A DNA stretch of 64,000 bases from a virus, in the IMG/VR virus record IMGVR_UViG_3300032053_000016, positions 32,001-96,000 of that record; one strand, 5' to 3'. The stretch's first letter is position 1. Each line of letters starts with the position of its first letter. This document shows, in pieces, positions 38,224-47,742 of this stretch. The translations under genes and the position numbers were made by a program. The notes below the pieces were generated by a model. It had not been told where the DNA came from, did not search any database, and saw only the letters and a program-made list of their open reading frames with translations.

Positions 38224-39224
38224 GTTGTCATCCTCACGATGACATCGAGGTACTTCTTGCACATCGTGTCTGCGCTTAAGTCAGCGGTGAATGCTCTTCT
38301 GCTGTACGTCACGTAGTCATCTTTGATGGTCTCGAGCGCGTCCTGAAACCCTTTGACGCCGCCTACAAGCTCCTCACCGTAGCGCTGACACATCTCAACC
38401 ACGCCTCCGCCATCACCGTGGAAGATCACAGGCAAACCGCAAGCTGCGCCTTCAACATGGTGAGAACCACACGCCTCCCAACGCGCGCCTGTCACGTAGA
38501 CGTCGTGTTTACGCAACTCATCACCAAGTTCAATGCCGTACAACGGAGCGATGATCTTGGTGTGTTTTGGAATGTGTCCGGCAGGGTAGCGTCCGATGTA
38601 CGTGAATTCAAAAGCGCCGCCAACATCAATCAACTCATCGATGTGTTCGTAGAGGTCAACACCTTTTGACGGGTTATTTGACCAATGATGTGTGACGAGA
38701 CGGATCGGAGCATGTGGCTTGTTGAAGCCAGGTGGAAAAAATGTCTTTCCATCGCTGCCAGAACGTATCCGTTGCCATTCGGTCGATGTCCACCTACCAG
38801 CGTGAAAATACCTTTCATCACAGCCGTTGGTGATGACACACACGTTGCTGTGACTCGGTCGCATGTCCTTGCTCGCGTAGTAGTCGGCAACCCAACTAGA
38901 GATGAAGACGGTCGCGTCTGCCACAGCGTTCGAACCCATGATGATGCGATCAAGCTCATCTCCACCGCGCGTCTTGCCGGTGTCGTTGACACGGTGAAGC
39001 ACTTTGACGTTCGGGTTGGATTGCTTGTAACGCGCGATGTCACCAGCGGAGAACCCACCATCCTCGTGACGAGGATCAAGCATGACGATCGCGTGGATCC
39101 CAGGTTCAAGCGTGTACACAACTTGATGCCCGATTGTTGTCAGGTAGTCGGCGAACGTGGTCGCAAAATGCGCACCTCCACCCCAAGGCGTACGACGTGG
39201 CATCCTGTTGAAAGCGATCTTCAT
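38220..39224 (-). CDS. GT4-like glycosyltransferase
   Basis: PWGGG, WSNNPSKG, EACGSHHVEGAACGLPV. Confidence 0.8.
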   Translation of the reverse strand: MKIAFNRMPRRTPWGGGAHFATTFADYLTTIGHQVVYTLEPGIHAIVMLDPRHEDGGFSAGDIARYKQSNPNVKVLHRVNDTGKTRGGDELDRIIMGSNAVADATVFISSWVADYYASKDMRPSHSNVCVITNGCDERYFHAGRWTSTEWQRIRSGSDGKTFFPPGFNKPHAPIRLVTHHWSNNPSKGVDLYEHIDELIDVGGAFEFTYIGRYPAGHIPKHTKIIAPLYGIELGDELRKHDVYVTGARWEACGSHHVEGAACGLPVIFHGDGGGVVEMCQRYGEELVGGVKGFQDALETIKDDYVTYSRRAFTADLSADTMCKKYLDVIVRMTT

Positions 39225-39403
39225 GCTGCCAATCTCTCAACGAGAGCGTTGAAAAGAGTGATTTGCTGCTCACGTGAGAGCCTATTCAACTTCTTCATGA
39301 AGCCGTCGAACTCCATGCTGAGCATTCGAGTCGCGTGACGATCACGCACGGCGAGAAAGTCGGCTTCGAGCTTAGCAGCGCCTGACTCGTAATCGTCGTT
39401 CAC
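39221..39403 (-). CDS. Small hypothetical protein
   Basis: 60 aa, coupled at both ends. Confidence 0.5.
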   Translation of the reverse strand: MNDDYESGAAKLEADFLAVRDRHATRMLSMEFDGFMKKLNRLSREQQITLFNALVERLAA

Positions 39404-39636
39404 CCTTTGCTCCCGATCGGGTCGTTCCCGTAGCTGTTACGCTCGTGGATCAGGCCATCCTTGCTGTGGATGAAGTGCTCACCCTTGTTGAGCATGGCAC
39501 GCTCTCGACCAGCTGCCTTCGCTTCCTTCTTCGTCTTGTGAACAGGCCCGAACTGCACGTCATCTTCGGTGTTGACGTACCCGTTCTTACGGTTCCCTGA
39601 CGTGTGAACTGCTTTTCCACTGGTGATCTCTGTCAT
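39400..39636 (-). CDS. DUF2188-like protein
   Basis: TKKEA.AAGRE.A.....EHFIH.KDG.I.ERNSYGNDP. Confidence 0.75.
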   Translation of the reverse strand: MTEITSGKAVHTSGNRKNGYVNTEDDVQFGPVHKTKKEAKAAGRERAMLNKGEHFIHSKDGLIHERNSYGNDPIGSKG

Positions 39637-39648
39637 GTTTGTCTCTTT

Positions 39649-40581
39649 TCACGCAAGTCTCTGGAAGTAGTGCTCGATCGTGAGCTCAAGCCCGCGAGTG
39701 AACGTCGTGAACCGACTAGGATCGATGTCACTCTCGATCCAGTAACGACGGTCATGTCCAAGTCGATCGGCAACAAACACAACGTTCGCGTTTGGGATCA
39801 TCCCGAGCTCACGGTAGCGATCGTCTACCTGTTTGATGATGGCGACGTTGGTGTCTGTGTAACCAGACGAGATGTTCAGGATCTTGTTTGTCACACCTGA
39901 GACGATGGTATCACGGATCGCTCTGACAGTATCTCCCACATACGTCCACTCACGACGTTGCATGCCGTCTCCGTAGAGAGGGAAGTCCCGCACGGTGATC
40001 ATCGCCTCCAACAGCTTGGGGAGGAACTTCTCTTTGTGCTGGCGCGGGCCAAAGTTGTTCGAAGGACGAAAGATGAGGTACGGCTGCTTGTACGTGTTGT
40101 GATACGCGAGCAACATCATGTCGGCGGCTGCCTTCGTGGCCGAGTATGGGTTGCGTGGGCGCAACGGATCAGTGGTCACGTAACCTCGATCGCAACCCAA
40201 CGCGTCACCGTAGACCTCATCGGTCGACAACTGACAGAACAGAGCGTTGTAATGACGTGCAACATCCATGAGCGCAGAAGCGCCGTGAAGGTTTGTTCGG
40301 ATGAACGGCTCGCTGTCGTTGATCGAGTTGTCGACATGTGTCTCGGCAGCGAAGTTGACGATGACGTCGAACCCACCTTGGAGAAAAACTGTGTTCATCG
40401 CATGCTTGTCACATATATCAAGCTGTTTGAACTCGAACTTCCCCCACGACTCAGACAGGTTCTTCAGGTTGCCAGCGTACGTCAGCTTGTCAACGACGGT
40501 GACGTTGTCACCACAGGACACGAAATGATCAACCGCGTGGGAACCGATGAAACCTGCGCCGCCTGTCAGAAGAACCTTCAT
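39649..40581 (-). CDS. rmlB: dTDP-glucose 4,6-dehydratase
   Basis: TGGAGFIG, DKLTYAGN, FAAETHVDNS, STDEVYG, PYSATKAA. Confidence 0.92.
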   Translation of the reverse strand: MKVLLTGGAGFIGSHAVDHFVSCGDNVTVVDKLTYAGNLKNLSESWGKFEFKQLDICDKHAMNTVFLQGGFDVIVNFAAETHVDNSINDSEPFIRTNLHGASALMDVARHYNALFCQLSTDEVYGDALGCDRGYVTTDPLRPRNPYSATKAAADMMLLAYHNTYKQPYLIFRPSNNFGPRQHKEKFLPKLLEAMITVRDFPLYGDGMQRREWTYVGDTVRAIRDTIVSGVTNKILNISSGYTDTNVAIIKQVDDRYRELGMIPNANVVFVADRLGHDRRYWIESDIDPSRFTTFTRGLELTIEHYFQRLA

Positions 40582-41468
40582 GCGGTCTTATCGTAGTTCT
40601 CTACGCACCAGTCGATGACCTCTTCAGCCGTGCGTGGGTGGTAGCCGGTGCTCTTCAACTTCTCGATGTTGAGCACCGTGTTTACACGCTTTACCTCGAT
40701 GGAGTCAAGGTACTCCTGGTAATCGACCGGCTGTGGATCGAGCTTCGGGTTGAGCTTCACGAGCTTGACCGCGATCTGATACGGCGAGATGGTGCCTTCG
40801 TTCGCGCAGTTGAAAATGCCAGTGGCTCTGACCTTCAACAGGTGATCCACCATGTCGCAGAAGTTCTCGATGCAAGTGATGGAGTTGGCGCTCTCGATGA
40901 ACCGCGCGGGGGCTGGCACGCTCAGGAACTTCGTCAGAAGGTTCGTCTTGTATGGGATGGCGCTGACCAGCTGCCGCGGTCGCAGGATCAGCACAGGCAC
41001 GTCCAGCTTCGCGTTGAGGATCATCTTGTCTGCTTCGGCTTTGGAGAAAGCGTAGAAGCTCGCCGGCGTGGGCTCGTCCTCCTCGCTGTACTCCTTTTCG
41101 GTTCCCATTCCGTCGAACACGCAACCTGATGAGATGTGGATGAGCTTCCACCCGAGTGCGTCGCAAGCTTCGGCGACGTTGAGCGCGCCGAGGGTGTTGA
41201 CCGCGTAGCATTCCTCCTTGTTGTGTTCACAATATTCAAGATTAATGAGAGCTGCTGTGTTGATGACGACGGGGTTGAGACTGTCCACCACATGGTCAAG
41301 GTCGCCCTTTGCTCGAAGGGCGAGAACTGCCTTGTCATGCGCCGCTTTCATGACCTTCGCGAGCTTCAACGGCTTGTCCGTGATCTCGATGTCCTTGTGA
41401 CCAAGAACAACGTCTCCGGGTTTCTTGAGTTGCTGCGCGAGCTTGCCGTTGCCGATGATGATCCTCAT
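40578..41468 (-). CDS. dTDP-4-dehydrorhamnose reductase-like protein (possibly bifunctional 3,5-epimerase/4-reductase)
   Basis: VINTAA...CE, VNTLG, HISSGCVF, SFYAFSKA, ILRPR, NLLTK. Confidence 0.75.
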   Translation of the reverse strand: MRIIIGNGKLAQQLKKPGDVVLGHKDIEITDKPLKLAKVMKAAHDKAVLALRAKGDLDHVVDSLNPVVINTAALINLEYCEHNKEECYAVNTLGALNVAEACDALGWKLIHISSGCVFDGMGTEKEYSEEDEPTPASFYAFSKAEADKMILNAKLDVPVLILRPRQLVSAIPYKTNLLTKFLSVPAPARFIESANSITCIENFCDMVDHLLKVRATGIFNCANEGTISPYQIAVKLVKLNPKLDPQPVDYQEYLDSIEVKRVNTVLNIEKLKSTGYHPRTAEEVIDWCVENYDKTA

Positions 41469-42247
41469 TTGAACTCCTTTGTGACCTTCGAAATGAGGTC
41501 TATGTCTTCTTTGAACGCACGATTGCGCATCATCTCAGTCGCGCGCTGGTAACTTTCATGTGTTCCAGCATCGACCCACCCGTCTTCCACACGGAAAACA
41601 TGACCAGTGTGAAACGCGGACTTGACATACGCCGAGTTGACGTCGGAGATCTCGTACTCACCACGCGCGGACGGTCTGAGCCGCTTGATGATCTGGAAGA
41701 CGTCAGCGGAGTACAGGTACAACCCAAGCACCGCGTCAGAGCTTGGTAGCACGTCAGGCTTCTCGACAATGTCTTCAAGACCACCGTCGACACCGTACTT
41801 TGCCACACCGAAACGCTTCGCGTCCGGCAACTCCTTCACAAAGAGACCAAAGTCCGTCTTCTTGTCTTGGGCAAAGAACGCGATGTCAGCCGCCACGTCG
41901 TCCACGTTTTCAAAGATGTTATCGCCGAGGATGACGGCAAATCGATCCTGTCCAACAAAGTTTTCGCATAGACCAAGCGCAGCAGCGATGCCGTTCGCGT
42001 TGTCTTGAACCCTGTACGTCATCTGACACCCGTACTCCGAGCCTGAGCCGAGCAACGACATGATCGCTCCAACATGCTCAGTGCCAGTGACAAGCATGAT
42101 GTCAGTGATGCCAGCTTTGAGGAACACGTTGAGAATGTGCACGATGATCGGCACCTCACCCATCGGTAGCAACGCCTTGTTGGTCACCCGTGTCAATGGG
42201 TAGAGTCGAGAACCAGTGCCGCCTGCGAGAATGACGCCCTTCATCAA
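41465..42247 (-). CDS. rmlA: Glucose-1-phosphate thymidylyltransferase
   Basis: GVILAGGTGSRLYPLT...NKALLP, LGDNIF, EKP, SARGEYEISD, WVDAGT. Confidence 0.92.
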   Translation of the reverse strand: MMKGVILAGGTGSRLYPLTRVTNKALLPMGEVPIIVHILNVFLKAGITDIMLVTGTEHVGAIMSLLGSGSEYGCQMTYRVQDNANGIAAALGLCENFVGQDRFAVILGDNIFENVDDVAADIAFFAQDKKTDFGLFVKELPDAKRFGVAKYGVDGGLEDIVEKPDVLPSSDAVLGLYLYSADVFQIIKRLRPSARGEYEISDVNSAYVKSAFHTGHVFRVEDGWVDAGTHESYQRATEMMRNRAFKEDIDLISKVTKEFK

Positions 42248-43314
42248 CGCGAAATATAGCGCTTTGTTTGGGAACTACTTCGAATCGCCATCAAGAGGTT
42301 GAAGTCAGTCCACCCTTGAGATACATCGTACTTGAGACGCTGACCTCCTTGTGTGATGACATGATCAGCGAAGTTGTCGACTAGAACTTTGAGCGCTTCC
42401 TGTTGATCGTTGAGATGATCAGTCTGAGCTTCCCAAGCGTGTGTCTCCAAAAGAGGACCGTCTGGTTTGTAGAGCTCACCGAGGATCGACTGCGTCTTTC
42501 CGGCGAAGCGGCCTGGGTTGACCCTGACAAGCATGGTTGAGTGGTCGGGTCCTTCAAGAGCCACCCTGATGTTGAGATCGTTGTCGTGGTTCACGATCGA
42601 AGCGCACGACGTGTAGATGCGCAACGAGCATGGAGAACGATACTTGCAACGGTTGTAGAGTGAGCTGAAGTTGTAGATGGCCACCTCGCCGGTAGCGAAT
42701 CGGATCTGCCCGCTCTCCCAGTTCTCTGTGTGTCCGTGCTGTGACACGCCGTTGCCGTCTTTGAACGACGCCATTGGGACGCCGTGCGACATGCCGCAGA
42801 CCTCGATCGGCACCTTGTCGAAGCCGATGTAGCGTCGAAGCTGCGCGAGACCATGGTACTCGAACGTGCGAAAGTCGTTGACAACCGTGTGAGGCTTGCC
42901 GTATCGGCTATGACCTAACACGTTCATCTTGAACTGCTCAGACGGCAGCCAAGGCGTCTGCTCGGCGATCTGAAAAGGAATACCCTTCTTCTCGGCCTTG
43001 GTGACCACGTCCTTGGTCCAAACAGGCGTCTCGGCCATCAACGGCTTGCCGTAATCGAGGCATCGTAAAGCGATCTCAGTGAGCGCCGAGGAGTTGACCG
43101 CGATGACGAGCGCGTCGCTCGAGCGCGCCAACCTGTCGAGATCCGCGTAACGTGTGTACCCAAACGCATCGATGAGCTTTTGGCCTTTCGCGAGGTCGCG
43201 GTTCCAGAACCCGCTCACTTCGATGTCGTTGTTGGAGTTGAGGACAGGTGCGTACATGTCGTGCACACGTTTGCCTGCTCCAACGATGCCGATTCGTAGC
43301 TTGCCAACTGTCAT
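42244..43314 (-). CDS. Gfo/Idh/MocA family oxidoreductase
   Basis: RIGIVGAG, GKPLMAETP, AEQ. Confidence 0.75.
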   Translation of the reverse strand: MTVGKLRIGIVGAGKRVHDMYAPVLNSNNDIEVSGFWNRDLAKGQKLIDAFGYTRYADLDRLARSSDALVIAVNSSALTEIALRCLDYGKPLMAETPVWTKDVVTKAEKKGIPFQIAEQTPWLPSEQFKMNVLGHSRYGKPHTVVNDFRTFEYHGLAQLRRYIGFDKVPIEVCGMSHGVPMASFKDGNGVSQHGHTENWESGQIRFATGEVAIYNFSSLYNRCKYRSPCSLRIYTSCASIVNHDNDLNIRVALEGPDHSTMLVRVNPGRFAGKTQSILGELYKPDGPLLETHAWEAQTDHLNDQQEALKVLVDNFADHVITQGGQRLKYDVSQGWTDFNLLMAIRSSSQTKRYISR

Positions 43315-43484
43315 TTTTCATCCTTCAGCAGGTCGCGAACCTGCTCCAACACCTCGTCAAGTGTGTCACGTCGACTGTCCCACGCACCCTCGCGTTCAGG
43401 ATCGGAGACGTACGGGTTGCCGCCGTAACCCACTGTCATCTCATGCTCCAACCACGCTTTCAGGTACAACAGTTTGTCGTTCAT
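43311..43484 (-). CDS. Small hypothetical protein (MNDKLLYLKAWLEHE...)
   Basis: Translated by hand; coupled at both ends. Confidence 0.5.
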   Translation of the reverse strand: MNDKLLYLKAWLEHEMTVGYGGNPYVSDPEREGAWDSRRDTLDEVLEQVRDLLKDEK

Positions 43485-44212
43485 CGATCCTTCTCTCTTC
43501 GCATGACGTAACGATCGTGTAACGTCGCGTGCCCTTGCTTATCAGCGAACCGCTTCTGATACTCGTGCTCAGAAGCGAACGAGTACATGACTCTGACAGA
43601 TCCGCACGGGTTCTTGTCTGCTACGACACCGTGAAGCATTGAGGACTCGAACATCAATACGCGGTCGTTCGACGACTCAAGTACCTCGTTCTCGTACTTG
43701 GAGATGAGCATCGCGTCAAAACGCTCGTCGTTCGCCATACACCGATGCGTGCCGCGCACGAACTTCAAACGTGGTTCTGGTATCTCAAACGTCGGGTAGA
43801 AATTGATCTTCACCACGGGGGGAAACGCGCCCACGATGGGGTTGCGATCGAACTGGTACGCGTCACGGTGCCAATCTTGGTGCGGAGGACCTGGCATCTG
43901 CTTGACAACCTGAGCGTGAACGAGCGACAGCTTACGACCCACGATGTCCTCGAGCAGATACGGGAGCTCGTTCGCGAACAAGAAATCCAAGAAGATGTCG
44001 TCGTAATCGTAGACGTTCGGGCGTAGATGAAAAACGTTCTCCATCCTCTTCTCGTAGAAGAAGCCAGCACGCACGTCGTCGTTCCACAGCTTCTCGAGCA
44101 CGTCGACCATGAGCTTGCTGGATCCATGATCCACAGGCAACAGATCGAACCCGTTGGCGTAGAACCTCTCTTGCGGTAGCAGTTTCTCCTGATCGAAGTC
44201 GACGAGTCTCAT
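43481..44212 (-). CDS. PhyH-like 2OG-Fe(II) dioxygenase
   Basis: QDWHRD, FVRGTH, MLHG, R near the C-terminus. Confidence 0.75.
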   Translation of the reverse strand: MRLVDFDQEKLLPQERFYANGFDLLPVDHGSSKLMVDVLEKLWNDDVRAGFFYEKRMENVFHLRPNVYDYDDIFLDFLFANELPYLLEDIVGRKLSLVHAQVVKQMPGPPHQDWHRDAYQFDRNPIVGAFPPVVKINFYPTFEIPEPRLKFVRGTHRCMANDERFDAMLISKYENEVLESSNDRVLMFESSMLHGVVADKNPCGSVRVMYSFASEHEYQKRFADKQGHATLHDRYVMRREKDR

Positions 44213-45147
44213 GTTGCTACGACGAATTTTAGCACGTCTTCGTAGGCTTTCGCACACTTCACGATGTCAACAGACGACGGATCAGCACGACGACCTTCCA
44301 TCATGAGCGGCAACGTCACTGTCGGTGTGACGTGTGGAGGATTATCGTAATCAACCAATCCAAACTTGTACTCCTCATGGTCAGAGACGACGACGCCGTA
44401 CCTCTCGCCTACCAACTCCTTGGTGCCACCTTCGCTGGAGCAGATCACGAGACATCCTTGCGAGATCGCCTCAACCACGACATTTGGACAGTGATCTAGC
44501 CATGCGAGGTGGATCATCCAGTCAGCGATGGAGTAAACCTCTGCACACAGATCGTGACGGATGCTGCCGGCGTAGAAGATGTCCTTGTCGGCCACCTGAA
44601 CGTCGGGGTTGTTACCGAGCACGATGAGGCACGAGCTTGGATGCTGCGAAGCACGGATCGACTTGAAGACTGCGATGTTGTCGATCAGACGTTTCTGCGG
44701 GTGCCAGTTCGACGAGCAGACGAAGACCTTCTTGTAACGTTTACGGATCTCAATCAACGCTTCACTTCGCAATGTTGCAGGGGCGATCTCGATGCCGTTA
44801 GGAATGACACGCCCTGATCGTGCACCAAACCACTTCGTGGTCATCTGCTTGTCGAACTCACTCTGCCAGATGACGTAACTGGCTGCGTCATACGCGGCGT
44901 GGATGCCACGGTTCATGCCGGACGCCATTTGCTCAGGTTTAAACCAGATTCCATCGAGGCGTTGCACAAACGGCTTCTTCGGATCGAGCTTCGTTGACGG
45001 CTCGATGAACACAAGGGCGGCGTCGTAGTCGTCGGGATCGGCCACGATGTGTCCAAGGTTGCCCAAAGCTATGGCAAGTCGCTTAGCGAAGCAGTTGGGT
45101 CCGGTGTGTTCGGCGTTGAAGTCAACGCCGTCAAAAAATACCTTCAC
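44209..45147 (-). CDS. GT4-like glycosyltransferase
   Basis: GPNCF, RLDG, QSEF, DHCPNVVVEA, GGTKE. Confidence 0.82.
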   Translation of the reverse strand: MKVFFDGVDFNAEHTGPNCFAKRLAIALGNLGHIVADPDDYDAALVFIEPSTKLDPKKPFVQRLDGIWFKPEQMASGMNRGIHAAYDAASYVIWQSEFDKQMTTKWFGARSGRVIPNGIEIAPATLRSEALIEIRKRYKKVFVCSSNWHPQKRLIDNIAVFKSIRASQHPSSCLIVLGNNPDVQVADKDIFYAGSIRHDLCAEVYSIADWMIHLAWLDHCPNVVVEAISQGCLVICSSEGGTKELVGERYGVVVSDHEEYKFGLVDYDNPPHVTPTVTLPLMMEGRRADPSSVDIVKCAKAYEDVLKFVVAT

Positions 45148-45326
45148 GCATCCTCAGCTTTCTCTAGCGATTCCATCGCCACCTGGACTCTAAGGCTCGC
45201 TCGAACGTAGCCACCGTGATCACCATTTTCTAGGCATTCAATGGCTCGACAAATGTCTTGTTTGATCTCGAACTCCAAAAGTCGAACGTACAGATCATTG
45301 ACGTCGCTGGAGGGATCCTTCGTCAT
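45144..45326 (-). CDS. Small hypothetical protein (tandem paralog A)
   Basis: VRLLE...AIECLENG..GYV. Confidence 0.5.
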   Translation of the reverse strand: MTKDPSSDVNDLYVRLLEFEIKQDICRAIECLENGDHGGYVRASLRVQVAMESLEKAEDA

Positions 45327-45477
45327 CTCTGTACCACTTTTCGATGTTTTCACAGGTTTTAACGTAGCCTTCGATGTTCCCGGCTTCCAAACACGAGATA
45401 GCGTAAAGACACTCGCCTTCCAACATGGCTTCTTTCAACCGCACGCCGAACGTCTCACGTTTCTTATCGCACGCCAC
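45295..45477 (-). CDS. Small hypothetical protein (tandem paralog B)
   Basis: VRLKE...AISCLEAG..GYV; start codon uncertain. Confidence 0.5.
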   Translation of the reverse strand: MACDKKRETFGVRLKEAMLEGECLYAISCLEAGNIEGYVKTCENIEKWYRDDEGSLQRRQ

Positions 45478-45922
45478 GACGCTTGAGCTCGTCCATGATG
45501 TCTCCCGCGAAGCTCGACTCGCTGAACAGGCCTGCGATGAGGCGGATGTCCTGCAGTGGGACGCGATCAAGCTTGCACTTCGTGTACACGGGGTGGACGT
45601 CGTGCTTCCACGTGTCCTCTTCACGTGTGATGATCGTGCTGTCACCGATCTTGATGGTCTCGTACATCTTCTGTGCGATCCAGCAACGTGCATCCTCATG
45701 GATGTTCTGCGATCCCTTCGCGAACACGTTGTGAACGGTCTCCGACACGCAGTCGAACATCTCCTCCATGGTGTCCTTGTCAAGTTTACGGGTGCCGTCC
45801 GCGAACTTTTGGAGCTTCATCCCGAGGTGGTACGACAACACGTCTAGAAAGCGAGGGCCTCCAGGTTTGCCAACGTTGGGCGGGATGGTGACAGGGTGGC
45901 GTGGTTTGGGTTCGTCGTTCAT
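45464..45922 (-). CDS. Hypothetical protein
   Basis: 152 aa, coupled to the upstream gene. Confidence 0.6.
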   Translation of the reverse strand: MNDEPKPRHPVTIPPNVGKPGGPRFLDVLSYHLGMKLQKFADGTRKLDKDTMEEMFDCVSETVHNVFAKGSQNIHEDARCWIAQKMYETIKIGDSTIITREEDTWKHDVHPVYTKCKLDRVPLQDIRLIAGLFSESSFAGDIMDELKRRGVR

Positions 45923-46650
45923 GTGATAAATCCTCTTTTACGCAAAAATTCCGCTTCTTCTTTTTGAAAGCGAGCGTCGTCAGTCTGAAATGTAGCGGGG
46001 CTCATGTCACAACGGTAAGCGTACATTGTGATCGGCACGTGAACGCGTTTCTTAGCAAGTGCGAGCACCGGCAAGTAGATCGCTTGGTCGCCGGCACGTT
46101 TGATGTACTCGCCGTCAGCGCCGCGGTAGTTGGCGTCGAAGACATGTTTTGACACGCTCTTCTTCCAAGTCTTGAAGTGACTAGAGACCCATGGGTGTTT
46201 ATACGGGTCAACGCCAGACGGCAATGCTGCCGAGATGTTTTGGTTTGTGATCCCGTTCTGATCAAACCAGCGATGATTGCTCCAAGCAGCCTCTAGATCT
46301 GGGATCTTTTCGTAAGCAGTCGCCATGATCTCAAGTGCGTTGAGGTCACAGAGGTAGTCGTCTAGGTCGAGACGGCAGACGATATCGTCATCATCCATCT
46401 GCGACATGGCTAGGAGAACGTTGTATACCTCCCATCGCCGTTCCTTGTTGCGAACGACGCTGACTTTGTGTTCGATTCCAAGCCACGTAGAGTACGTTTC
46501 GACTTGGTCAGCGGTGCCGTCAGTAGAGCAATCGTCCACGATCACCGCGTACCAATTGGTGTAGCTTTGACCGGCCATTGAGACAAGCGTCTGCCACATG
46601 GTCTTGACGCTGTTACGTGTGGGGATAGCGAAGGCGAATGTGACGCTCAT
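45919..46650 (-). CDS. GT2 glycosyltransferase
   Basis: IPTRN, IVDDCSTDGT, RLDLDD. Confidence 0.85.
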   Translation of the reverse strand: MSVTFAFAIPTRNSVKTMWQTLVSMAGQSYTNWYAVIVDDCSTDGTADQVETYSTWLGIEHKVSVVRNKERRWEVYNVLLAMSQMDDDDIVCRLDLDDYLCDLNALEIMATAYEKIPDLEAAWSNHRWFDQNGITNQNISAALPSGVDPYKHPWVSSHFKTWKKSVSKHVFDANYRGADGEYIKRAGDQAIYLPVLALAKKRVHVPITMYAYRCDMSPATFQTDDARFQKEEAEFLRKRGFIT

Positions 46651-46799
46651 TTACACTCACAAGCTGGACAGCGTTTAGACTCGATCGGTTGTTCGGTGAT
46701 CTTGATCATGCACACTGCTCCCTGGTACGTTGCCTTGCATTCAAACACCGAGGTGTTGTGATGACAGCCGATAAGAAACAAAAACACGAGAAACTTCAC
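46647..46799 (-). CDS. Small Cys-rich putative lipoprotein (MKFLVFLFLIGC...)
   Basis: Translated by hand; short hydrophobic signal with a LIGC lipobox; coupled at both ends. Confidence 0.45.
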   Translation of the reverse strand: MKFLVFLFLIGCHHNTSVFECKATYQGAVCMIKITEQPIESKRCPACECK

Positions 46800-46969
46800 G
46801 GTGAACCATCGTTCAACTCACGCAGTAGCGCGATGAATTCCTCCAGTGTAGCGTAGTCACATCCGGCTGCGCCCGCAGCCGAATACACTTCATCAAGATC
46901 TGACAGCAACCCATCCACATCTTCGGGCGTGAGGTGGATGTCACCCTTGTCATCTGCGTAGACGTTCAC
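46796..46969 (-). CDS. Small acidic hypothetical protein
   Basis: Translated by hand (MNVYADDKGDIHLTPED...); coupled at both ends. Confidence 0.45.
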   Translation of the reverse strand: MNVYADDKGDIHLTPEDVDGLLSDLDEVYSAAGAAGCDYATLEEFIALLRELNDGSP

Positions 46970-47742
46970 CAGTCCCAGGTCTCCGACACCACACTCAGCT
47001 TCGCCTTGTTGGCGACAGCGCCTTCACGTGTGAGAAGCAGTTGCCCGTAACGGATCTTCTCGTCTGGCCAGCGACGATCGTCAAAGAAGACGCGACGATC
47101 CATGATGATGAGCTCACTGCTCACGTCGGCAGGCAGATCGCACTCCTCAAGCGCTTCGTGCACCTGGATCGCAGCGTCGGTGCCCTTGTCCATGTGCCAG
47201 TCGTCGAAGAGGCAGAAGCAGGACCACATGTCTTTCACACCCTCCCAGTCGCCACGGACCGCAGGAGCTGTGTGATCACCGTCGATGAACACGAGATCGT
47301 ACTTGTCGTTCATCTTTGGCAAGACGTCAGCCGACTTCCCACGCGCAACCTGAATGCGACTTGTCCACTCCGTTGGGAACATCTGCGCGATCATCTGCAT
47401 GTGTTGATCGTCTAGCGCCGGCTCAACCACCATGACCTGCCCGTCGTTTCCAAGCTCAGCGAACGCCTTCGCGGCGCACAACGCGGAGTAACCGCGGCCG
47501 AACCCGATCTCAAGGTACGAGTCAAGCTTGTACTTCTTGATGAGCGAGTAGATGAGCAATCCACGCTCGAGGTTGGGTTTGAAGAACGCGCCCACTGTGC
47601 GGAACAGTTCAGAGTTAGGATCACGGAGCTTCTTCGCGGTGGCTTCTCCAATGTAATCGAACTCCCCTAACGAGAGGGATTCAACCGGCATGCTGATCTC
47701 GGCGAGCTTGTCTTTGATGTTGACGTTCTTGTTGGGCTTCAT
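46966..47742 (-). CDS. Class I SAM methyltransferase (Methyltransf_24-like)
   Basis: YLEIGFGRGYS, DLVFIDGDH, LFDD. Confidence 0.8.
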   Translation of the reverse strand: MKPNKNVNIKDKLAEISMPVESLSLGEFDYIGEATAKKLRDPNSELFRTVGAFFKPNLERGLLIYSLIKKYKLDSYLEIGFGRGYSALCAAKAFAELGNDGQVMVVEPALDDQHMQMIAQMFPTEWTSRIQVARGKSADVLPKMNDKYDLVFIDGDHTAPAVRGDWEGVKDMWSCFCLFDDWHMDKGTDAAIQVHEALEECDLPADVSSELIIMDRRVFFDDRRWPDEKIRYGQLLLTREGAVANKAKLSVVSETWDW

